In this document: positions 52,801-64,000 of the stretch, one piece after another
How the letters are laid out: every line of letters starts with the position of its first letter
Numbering within the stretch: position 1 is the stretch's first letter
NCBI GenBank assembly: GCA_964016885.1
Contig: OZ024743.1
Span: 280,240,001 to 280,304,000, forward strand
Source of the DNA: Eledone cirrhosa
Taxonomy: Eukaryota
Direction of reading: 5' to 3'
Length of the DNA stretch: 64,000 nucleotides
Notes under the pieces: generated by a model
What the model saw: only the letters and a program-made list of their open reading frames with translations
What the model was told of the DNA's origin: nothing
Databases searched by the model: none
Program-made: the position numbers and the translations under genes

Positions 52801-55800
52801 GTGGGTATAGTAATGGAGTTTGTATTAATATATGTGGTAATGTTGGGTATAGTAATGGTGTTTGTATTAATGTATGTGGTAATGTTGGGTATAGTAATGG
52901 TGTTTGTATTAATATATGTGGTAATGCTGGGTATAGTAATGGTGTTTGTATTAATGTATGTGGTAATGTTGGGTATAGTAATGGTGTTTGTATTAATATA
53001 TTTGGTAATGTTGGGTATAGTAATAGTGTTTGTATTAATGTATGTGGTAATGTTGGGTATAGTAATGGTGTTTGTATTAATGTATGTGGTAATGTTGGGT
53101 ATAGTAATGGTGTTTGTTATTAATATATGTGGTAATGTTGGGTATAGTAATGGTGTTTGCTATTAATGTATGTGGTAATGTTGGGTATAGTAATAGTGTT
53201 TGTATTAATATATGTGGTAATGTTAGGTATAATAATGGTGTTTGTTTTAATGTATGTGGTAATGTTGGGTATAGTAATGGTGTTTGTATTAATGTATGTG
53301 GTAATGTTGCGTATAGTAATGGTATTTGTATTAATATATGTGGTAATGTTGGGTATAGTAATGGTGTTTGTATTAATGTATGTGGTAATGTTGCGTATAG
53401 TAATGGTATTTGTATTAATGTATGTGGTACTGTTGGGTATAGTAATGGTGTTTGTATTAATATATGTGGTAATGTTGGGTATAGTAATGGTGTTTGTATT
53501 AATATATGTGGTAATGTTGGGTATAGTAATGGTGTTTGTATTAATATATTTGGTAATGTTGGGTATAGTAATAGTGTTTGTATTAATGTATGTGGTAATG
53601 TTGGGTATAGTAATAGTGTTTGTATTAATGTATGTGGTAATGTGGGTATAGTAATGGAGTTTGTATTAATATATGTGGTAATGTTGGGTATAGTAATGGT
53701 GTTTGTATTAATGTATGTGGTAATGTTGGGTATAGTAATGGTGTTTGTATTAATATATGTGGTAATGCTGGGTATAGTAATGGTGTTTGTATTAATGTAT
53801 GTGGTAATGTTGGGTATAGTAATGGTGTTTGTATTAATATATTTGGTAATGTTGGGTATAGTAATAGTGTTTGTATTAATGTATGTGGTAATGTTGGGTA
53901 TAGTAATGGTGTTTGTATTAATGTATGTGGTAATGTTGGGTATAGTAATGGTGTTTGTTATTAATATATGTGGTAATGTTGGGTATAGTAATGGTGTTTG
54001 CTATTAATGTATGTGGTAATGTTGGGTATAGTAATAGTGTTTGTATTAATATATGTGGTAATGTTAGGTATAATAATGGTGTTTGTTTTAATGTATGTGG
54101 TAATGTTGCGTATAGTAATGGTATTTGTATTAATGTATGTGGTAATGTTGGGTATAGTAATAGTGTTTGTATTAATGTATGTGGTAATGTTGCGTATAGT
54201 AATAGTGTTTGTATTAATGTATGTGCTAATGTTAGGTATAGTAATGGTGTTTGTATTAATGTATGTGGTAATGTTGCGTATAGTAATAGTGTTTGTATTA
54301 ATATATGTGGTAATGTTAGGTATAGTAATGGTGTTTGTATTAATGTATGTGGTAATGTTGGGTATAGTAATGGTGTTTGTATTAATGTATGTGGTAATGT
54401 TGGGTATAGTAATGGTGTTTGTATTAATGTATGTGGTAATGTTGGGTATAGTAATGGTGTTTGTATTAATGTATGTGGTAATGTTGGGTATAGTAATGGT
54501 GATTGTATTAATATATGTGGTAATGCTGGGTATAGTAATGGTGTTTGTATTAATGTATGTGGTAATGTTGTGTATAGTAATGGTGTTTGTATTAATGTAT
54601 GTGATAATGTTGGGTATAGTAATGGTGTTTGTATTAATATATTTGGTAATGTTGGGTATAGTAATAGTGTTTGTATTAATGTATGTGGTAATGTTGGGTA
54701 TAGTAATAGTGTTTGTATTAATGTATGTGGTAATGTTAGGTATAGTAATGGTGTTTGTATTAATGTATGTGGTAATGTTGGGTATAGTAATGGTGTTTGT
54801 ATTAATGTATTTGGTAATGTTGGGTATAGTAATGGTGTTTGTATTAATGTATGTGGTAATGTTGGGTATAGTAATGGTGTTTGTATTAATATATGTGGTA
54901 ATGCTGGGTATAGTAATGGTGTTTGTATTAATGTATGTGGTAATGTTGTGTATAGTAATGGTGTTTGTATTAATGTATGTGGTAATGTTGGGTATATTAA
55001 TGGTGTTTGTATTAATATATTTGGTAATGTTGGGTATAGTAATAGTGTTTGTATTAATGTATGTGGTAATGTTGGGTATAGTAATGGTGTTTGTATTAAT
55101 GTATGTGGTAATGTTGGGTATAGTAATGGTGTTTGTATAAATATATTTGGTAATGTTGGGTATAGTAATAGTGTTTGTATTAATGTATGTGGTAATGTTG
55201 GGTATAGTAATGGTATTTGTATTAATGTATGTGGTAATGTTGGGTGTAGTAATGGTGTTAGTATTAATGTATGTGGTAATGTTGGGTATAATAATGGTGT
55301 TTGTATTAATATATGTGGTAATGTTGGGTATATTAATGGTGTTTGTATTAATATATTTGGTAATGTTGGGTATAGTAATAGTGTTTGTATTAATGTATGT
55401 GGTAATGTTGGGTATAGTAATGGTGTTTGTATTAATGTATGTGGTAATGTTGGGTATAGTAATGGTGTTTGTATAAATATATTTGGTAATGTTGGGTATA
55501 GTAATAGTGTTTGTATTAATGTATGTGGTAATGTTGGGTATAGTAATGGTGTTTGTATTAATGTATGTGGTAATGTTGGGTGTAGTAATGGTGTTAGTAT
55601 TAATGTATGTGGTAATGTTGGGTATAATAATGGTGTTTGTATTAATATATGTGGTAATGTTGGGTATAATAATGGTGTTTGTATTAATGTATGTGGTAAT
55701 GTTGGGTATAGTAATGGTGTTTGTATTAATATATGTGGTAATGTTGGGTATAGTAATGGTGTTTGTATTATTGTATGTGGTAATGTTGGGTATAGTAATG

Positions 55801-58800
55801 GTGTTTGTATTAATGTATGTGGTAATGTTGGGTATAGTAATAGTGTTTGTATTAATATATGTGGTAATGTTGGGTATAGTAATGGTGTTTGTATTAATAT
55901 ATGTGGTAATGTTGGGTATAGTAATGGTGTTTGTATTAATATATGTGGTAATGTTGGGTATAGTAATGGTGTTTGTATTAATATATGTGGTAATGTTGGG
56001 TATAGTAATGGTGTTTGTATTAATATATGTGGTAATGTTGGGTATAGTAATGGTGTTTGTATTAATATATGTGGTAATGTTGGGTATAGTAATGGTGTTT
56101 GTATTAATATATGTGGTAATGTTGGGTATAGTAATGGTGTTTGTATTAATATATGTGGTAATGTTAGGTATAGTAATGGTTTTTATATTAATATATGTGG
56201 TAATGTTGGGTATAGTAATGGTGTTTGTATTAATATATGTGGTAATGTTGGGTATAGTAATGGTGTTTGTATTAATGTATGTGGTAATGTTGGGTATAGT
56301 AATGGTGTTTGTATTAATGTATGTGGTAATGTTGCGTATAGTAATGGTATTTGTATTAATATATGTGGTAATGTTGGGTATAGTAATGGTGTTTGTATTA
56401 ATGTATGTGGTAATGTTGAGTATAGTAATGGTATTTGTATTAATGTATGTGGTAATGTTGGGTATAGTAATGGTGTTTGTATTAATATATGTGGTAATGT
56501 TGGGTATAGTAATGGTGTTTGTATTAATATATGTGGTAATGTTGGGTATAGTAATGGTGTTTGTATTAATATATTTGGTAATGTTGGGTATAGTAATAGT
56601 GTTTGTATTAATGTATGTGGTAATGTTGGGTATAGTAATAGTGTTTGTATTAATGTATGTGGTAATGTTAGGTATAGTAATGGTGTTTGTATTAATGTAT
56701 GTGGTAATGTTGGGTATAGTAATGGTGTTTGTATTAATGTATGTGGTAATGTTGGGTATAGTAATGGTGTTTGTATTAATGTATGTGGTAATGTTGGGTA
56801 TAGTAATGGTGTTTGTATTAATATATGTGGTAATGCTGGGTATAGTAATGGTGTTTGTATTAATGTATGTGGTAATGTTGTGTATAGTAATGGTGTTTGT
56901 ATTAATGTATGTGGTAATGTTGGGTATATTAATGGTGTTTGTATTAATATATTTGGTAATGTTGGGTATAGTAATAGTGTTTGTATTAATGTATGTGGTA
57001 ATGTTGGGTATAGTAATGGTGTTTGTATTAATGTATGTGGTAATGTTGGGTATAGTAATGGTGTTTGTATAAATATATTTGGTAATGTTGGGTATAGTAA
57101 TAGTGTTTGTATTAATGTATGTGGTAATGTTGGGTATAGTAATGGTGTTTGTATTAATGTATGTGGTAATGTTGGGTGTAGTAATGGTGTTAGTATTAAT
57201 GTATGTGGTAATGTTGGGTATAATAATGGTGTTTGTATTAATATATGTGGTAATGTTGGGTATATTAATGGTGTTTGTATTAATATATTTGGTAATGTTG
57301 GGTATAGTAATAGTGTTTATATTAATGTATGTGGTAATGTTGGGTATAGTAATGGTGTTTGTATTAATGTATGTGGTAATGTTGGGTATAGTAATGGTGT
57401 TTGTATAAATATATTTGGTAATGTTGGGTATAGTAATAGTGTTTGTATTAATGTATGTGGTAATGTTGGGTATAGTAATGGTGTTTGTATTAATGTATGT
57501 GGTAATGTTGGGTGTAGTAATGGTGTTAGTATTAATGTATGTGGTAATGTTGGGTATAATAAAGGTGTTTGTATTAATATATGTGGTAATGTTGGGTATA
57601 GTAATGGTGTTTGTATTAATGTATGTGGTAATGTTGAGTATAGTAATGGTATTTGTATTAATGTATGTGGTAATGTTGGGTATAGTAATGGTGTTTGTAT
57701 TAATATATGTGGTAATGTTGGGTATAGTAATGGTGTTTGTATTAATATATGTGGTAATGTTGGGTATAGTAATGGTGTTTGTATTAATATATTTGGTAAT
57801 GTTGGGTATAGTAATAGTGTTTGTATTAATGTATGTGGTAATGTTGGGTATAGTAATAGTGTTTGTATTAATGTATGTGGTAATGTGGGTATAGTAATGG
57901 AGTTTGTATTAATATATGTGGTAATGTTGGGTATAGTAATGGTGTTTGTATTAATGTATGTGGTAATGTTGGGTATAGTAATGGTGTTTGTATTAATATA
58001 TGTGGTAATGCTGGGTATAGTAATGGTGTTTGTATTAATGTATGTGGTAATGTTGGGTATAGTAATGGTGTTTGTATTAATATATTTGGTAATGTTGGGT
58101 ATAGTAATAGTGTTTGTATTAATGTATGTGATAATGTTGGGTATAGTAATGGTGTTTGTATTAATGTATGTGGTAATGTTGGGTATAGTAATGGTGTTTG
58201 TATTAATATATTTGGTAATGTTGGGTATAGTAATAGTGTTTGTATTAATGTATGTGGTAATGTTGGGTATAGTAATGGTGTTTGTATTAATGTATGTGGT
58301 AATGTTGGGTATAGTAATGGTGTTTGTATAAATATATTTGGTAATGTTGGGTATAGTAATAGTGTTTGTATTAATATATGTGGTAATGTTGGGTATAGTA
58401 ATGGTGTTTGTATTAATATATGTGGTAATGTTGGGTATAGTAATGGTGTTTGTATTAATGTATGTGGTAATGTGGGGTATAGTAATGGTGTTTGTATTAA
58501 TATATGTGGTAATGTTGGGTATAGTAATGGTGTTTGTATTAATGTATGTGGTAATGTTGGGTATAGTAATGGTGTTTGTATTAATGTATGTGGTAATGTT
58601 GGGTATAGTAATAGTGTTAGTATTAATGTATGTGGTAATGTTGGGTATAGTAATGGTGTTTGTATTAATATATTTGGTAATGTTGGGTATAGTAATAGTG
58701 TTTGTATTAATGTATGTGGTAATGTTGGGTATAGTAATGGTGTTTGTATTAATGTATGTGGTAATGTTGGGTATAGTAATGGTGTTTGTATTAATGTATG

Positions 58801-61800
58801 TGGTAATGTTGCGTATAGTAATGGTATTTGTATTAATATATGTGGTAATGTTGGGTATAGTAATGGTGTTTGTATTAATGTATGTGGTAATGTTGCGTAT
58901 AGTAATGGTATTTGTATTAATGTATGTGGTACTGTTGGGTATAGTAATGGTGTTTGTATTAATATATGTGGTAATGTTGGGTATAGTAATGGTGTTTGTA
59001 TTAATATATGTGGTAATGTTGGGTATAGTAATGGTGTTTGTATTAATATATTTGGTAATGTTGGGTATAGTAATAGTGTTTGTATTAATGTATGTGGTAA
59101 TGTTGGGTATAGTAATAGTGTTTGTATTAATGTATGTGGTAATGTGGGTATAGTAATGGAGTTTGTATTAATATATGTGGTAATGTTGGGTATAGTAATG
59201 GTGTTTGTATTAATGTATGTGGTAATGTTGGGTATAGTAATGGTGTTTGTATTAATATATGTGGTAATGCTGGGTATAGTAATGGTGTTTGTATTAATGT
59301 ATGTGGTAATGTTGGGTATAGTAATGGTGTTTGTATTAATATATTTGGTAATGTTGGGTATAGTAATAGTGTTTATATTAATGTATGTGGTAATGTTGGG
59401 TATAGTAATGGTGTTTGTATAAATATATTTGGTAATGTTGGGTATAGTAATAGTGTTTGTATTAATGTATGTGGTAATGTTGGGTATAGTAATGGTGTTT
59501 GTATTAATGTATGTGGTAATGTTGGGTGTAGTAATGGTGTTAGTATTAATGTATGTGGTAATGTTGGGTATAATAATGGTGTTTGTATTAATATATGTGG
59601 TAATGTTGGGTATAGTAATGGTGTTTGTATTAATGTATGTGGTAATGTTGGGTATAGTAATGGTGTTTGTATTAATATATGTGGTAATGTTGGGTATAGT
59701 AATGGTGTTTGTATTAATGTATGTGGTAATGTTGGGTATAGTAATGGTGTTTGTATTAATGTATGTGGTAATGTTGGGTATAGTAATAGTGTTTGTATTA
59801 ATATATGTGGTAATGTTGGGTATAGTAATGGTGTTTGTATTAATGTATGTGGTAATGTTGGGTATAGTAATGGTGTTTGTATTAATGTATGTGGTAATGT
59901 TGGGTATAGTAATAGTGTTTGTATTAATGTATGTGGTAATGTTGGGTATAGTAATGGTGTTTGTATTAATGTATGTGGTAATGTTGGGTATAGTAATGGT
60001 GTTTGTATTAATGTATGTGGTAATGTTAGGTATAGTAATGGTGTTTGTATTAATGTATGTGGTAATGTTGGGTGTAGTAATGGTGTTTGTATTAATGTAT
60101 GTGGTAACGTTGGGTATAGTAATGGTGTTTGTATTAATGTATGTGGTAAGGTTGGGTGTAGTAATGGTGTTTGTATTAATAAATGTGGTAATGTTGGGTA
60201 TAGTAATGGTGTTTGTATTAATATATGTGGTAATGTTGGGTATAGTAATGGTGTTTGTATTAATGTATGTGGTAATGTTGGGTATAGTAATGGTGTTTGT
60301 ATTAATGTATGTGGTAATGTTGGGTATAGTAATGGTGTTTGTATTAATGTATGTGGTAATGTTGGGTGTAGTAATGGTGTTAGTATTAATGTATGTGGTA
60401 ATGTTGGGTATAGTAATGGTGTTTGTATTAATGTATGTGGTAATGTGGGTATAGTAATGGTGTTTGTATTAATATATGTGGTAATGTTGGGTATAGTAAT
60501 GGTGTTTGTATTAATGTATGTGGTAATGTTGGGTATAGTAATGGTGTTTGTATTAATATATGTGGTAATGTTAGGTATAGTAATGGTTTTTATATTAATA
60601 TATGTGGTAATGTTGGGTATAGTAATGGTGTTTGTATTAATGTATGTGGTAATGTTGGGTATAGTAATGGTGTTTGTATTAATGTATGTGGTAATGTTGG
60701 GTATAGTAATGGTGTTTGTATTAATGTATGTGGTAATGTTGGGTATAGTAATGGTGTTTGTATTAATGTATGTGGTAATGTTTGGTATAGTAATGGTGTT
60801 TGTATTAATGTATGTGGTAATGTTGGGTATAGTAATGGTGATTGTATTAATATATGTGGTAATGCTGGGTATAGTAATGGTGTTTGTATTAATGTATGTG
60901 GTAATGTTGTGTATAGTAATGGTGTTTGTATTAATGTATGTGGTAATGTTGGGTATAGTAATGGTGTTTGTATTAATGTATGTGGTAATGTTGGGTATAG
61001 TAATAGTGTTAGTATTAATGTATGTGGTAATGTTGGGTATAGTAATGGTGTTTGTATTAATATATTTGGTAATGTTGGGTATAGTAATAGTGTTTGTATT
61101 AATGTATGTGTTAATGTTGGGTATAGTAATGGTGTTTGTATTAATGTATGTGGTAATGTTGGGTATAGTAATGGTGTTTGTATTAATGTATGTGGTAATG
61201 TTGCGTATAGTAATGGTATTTGTATTAATATATGTGGTAATGTTGGGTATAGTAATGGTGTTTGTATTAATGTATGTGGTAATGTTGCGTATAGTAATGG
61301 TATTTGTATTAATGTATGTGGTAATGTTGGGTATAGTAATGGTGTTTGTATTAATATATGTGGTAATGTTGGGTATAGTAATGGAGTTTGTATTAATATA
61401 TGTGGTAATGTTGGGTATAGTAATGGTGTTTGTAATAATGTATGTGGTAATGTTGGGTATAGTAATGGTGTTTGTATTAATATATGTGGTAATGCTGGGT
61501 ATAGTAATGGTGTTTGTATTAATGTATGTGGTAATGTTGGGTATAGTAATGGTGTTTGTATTAATATATTTGGTAATGTTGGGTATAGTAATAGTGTTTG
61601 TATTAATGTATGTGGTAATGTTGGGTATAGTAATGGTGTTTGTATTAATGTATGTGGTAATGTTGGGTATAGTAATGGTGTTTGTATTAATGTATGTGGT
61701 AATGTTGGGTAGAGTAATGGTGTTTGTATTAATGTATGTGGTAATGTTGGGTATAGTAATGGTGTTTGTATTAATATATTTGGTAATGTTGGGTATAGTA

Positions 61801-64000
61801 ATAGTGTTTGTATTAATGTATGTGGTAACGTTGGGTAGAGTAATGGTGTTTGTATTAATGTATGTGGTAATGTTGGGTATAGTAATGGTGTTTGTATTAA
61901 TATATTTGGTAATGTTGGGTATAGTAATAGTGTTTGTATTAATGTATGTGGTAATGTTGGGTATAGGTAATGGTGTTTGTATTAATGTATGTGGTAATGT
62001 TGGGTATAGTAATGGTGTTTGTATAAATATATTTGGTAATGTTGGGTATAGTAATAGTGTTTGTATTAATGTATGTGGTAATGTTGGGTATAGTAATGGT
62101 GTTTGTATTAATGTATGTGGTAATGTTGGGTGTAGTAATGGTGTTAGTATTAATGTATGTGGTAATGTTGGGTATAATAATGTTGTTTGTATTAATATAT
62201 GTGGTAATGTTGGGTATAGTAATGGTGTTTGTATTAATGTATGTGGTAATGTTGGGTATAGTAATGGTGTTTGTATTAATATATGTGGTAATGTTGGGTA
62301 TAGTAATGGTGTTTGTATTAATGTATGTGGTAATGTTGGGTATAGTAATAGTGTTTGTATTAATATATGTGGTAATGTTGGGTATAGTAATGGTGTTTGT
62401 ATTAATGTATGTGGTAATGTTGGGTATAGTAATGGTGTTTGTATTAATGTATGTGGTAATGTTGTGTATAGTAATGGTGTTTGTATTAATGTATGTAGTA
62501 ATGTTGGGTATATTAATAGTGTTTGTATTAATGTATGTGGTAATGTTGGGTATAGTAATGGTGTTTGTATTAATATATGTGGTAATGTTGGGTATAGTAA
62601 TGGTGTTTGTATTAATGTATGTGGTAATGTTGGGTATAGTAATGGTGTTTGTATTAATGTATGTGGTAATGTTGGGTGTAGTAATGGTGTTAGTATTAAT
62701 GTATGTGGTAATGTTGGGTATAGTAATGGTGTTTGTATTAATATATTTGGTAATGTTGGGTATAGTAATAGTGTTTGTATTAATGTATGTGGTAATGTTG
62801 GGTATAGTAATGGTGTTTGTATTAATATATGTGGTAATGTTGGGTATAGTAATGGTGTTTGTATTAATGTATGTGGTAATGTTGGGTATAGTAATGGTGT
62901 TTGTATTAATGTATGTGGTAATGTTGTGTATAGTAATGGTGTTTGTATTAATGTATGTAGTAATGTTGGGTATATTAATAGTGTTTGTATTAATGTATGT
63001 GGTAATGTTGGGTATAGTAATGGTGTTTGTATTAATATATGTGGTAATGTTGGGTATAGTAATGGTGTTTGTATTAATGTATGTGGTAATGTTGGGTATA
63101 GTAATGGTGTTTGTATTAATGTATGTGGTAATGTTGGGTGTAGTAATGGTGTTAGTATTAATGTATGTGGTAATGTTGGGTATAGTAATGGTGTTTGTCT
63201 TAATATATTTGGTAATGTTGGGTATAGTAATAGTGTTTGTATTAATGTATGTGGTAATGTTGGGTATAGTAATGGTGTTTGTATTAATGTATGTGGTAAT
63301 GTTGGGTATAGTAATGGTGTTTGTATAAATATATTTGGTAATGTTGGGTATAGTAATAGTGTTTGTATTAATGTATGTGGTAATATTGGGTATAGTAATG
63401 GTGTTTGTATTAATGTATGTGGTAATGTTGGGTGTAGTAATGGTGTTAGTATTAATGTATGTGGTAATGTTGGGTATAGTAATGGTGTTTGTATTAATGT
63501 ATGTGGTAATGTTGGGTATAGTAATGGTGTTTGTATTAATGTATGTGGTAATGTTGGGTATAGTAATGGTGTTTGTATTAATATATTTGGTAATGTTGGG
63601 TATAGTAATGGTGTTTGTATTAATGTATGTGGTAATGTTGGGTATAGTAATGGTGTTTGTATTAATGTATGTGGTAATGTTGGGTATAGTAATGATGTTT
63701 GTATTAATGTATGTGGTAATGTTGGGTATAGTAATGGTGTTTGTATTAATATATGTGGTAATGTTGGGTATAGTAATGGTGTTTGTATTAATGTATGTGG
63801 TAATGTTGGGTATAGTAATGGTGTTTGTATTAGTGTATGTGGTAATGTTGGGTATAGTAATGGTGTTTGTATTAATGTATGTGGTAATGTTGGGTATAGT
63901 AATGGTGTTTGTATTAATGTATGTGGTAATGTTTGGTATAGTAATGGTGTTTGTATTAATGTATGTGGTAATGTTGGGTATAGTAATGGTGATTGTATTA
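49801..64000. repeat. 42-bp satellite array, about 338 monomers, continuing beyond the window
   Basis: Consensus gtttgtattaatgtatgtggtaatgttgggtatagtaatggt; 14-aa periodic ORFs; occasional 41- and 43-bp monomers. Confidence 0.97.

Noticed and set aside
53955-58331. 1458-aa Cys-rich repeat ORF
   Set aside because: Satellite translation; the frame switches at 1-bp indels and parallel frames are also open.
49231-64000. CRISPR-like regular repeats
   Set aside because: No unique spacers, no cas genes, and a eukaryotic context.

Overview
Eukaryotic, AT-rich and extremely microsatellite-rich DNA with no recognisable host gene. The SINE and LINE content resembles octopod cephalopod genomes (inference from repeat families, not a database result). 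Most ORFs in the track are artefacts of simple repeats. Real content: (1) a near-complete Tx1/L1-type LINE (43.4-48.6 kb), a near-complete RTE-X-like LINE (21.9-25.1 kb), several RTE/BovB fragments and three R4/Dong-type restriction-like endonuclease 3' ends; (2) bipartite non-autonomous RTE derivatives stacked in (CATA)n; (3) two decayed Penelope-like element (PLE) coding remnants and at least six short PLE-type inserts in (TA)n with hammerhead ribozyme motifs and a shared inverted architecture; (4) tRNA-derived SINEs, non-autonomous Helitrons, a Tigger/pogo-like MITE and an exact 3' half of U6 snRNA; (5) several minisatellites and a 42-bp satellite array of more than 14 kb with higher-order duplications, running off the right edge. 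The most interesting signals are the hammerhead-bearing fold-back inserts and the apparent partitioning of retroelement families among microsatellite types. All coordinates were read by eye and may be off by a few bases.
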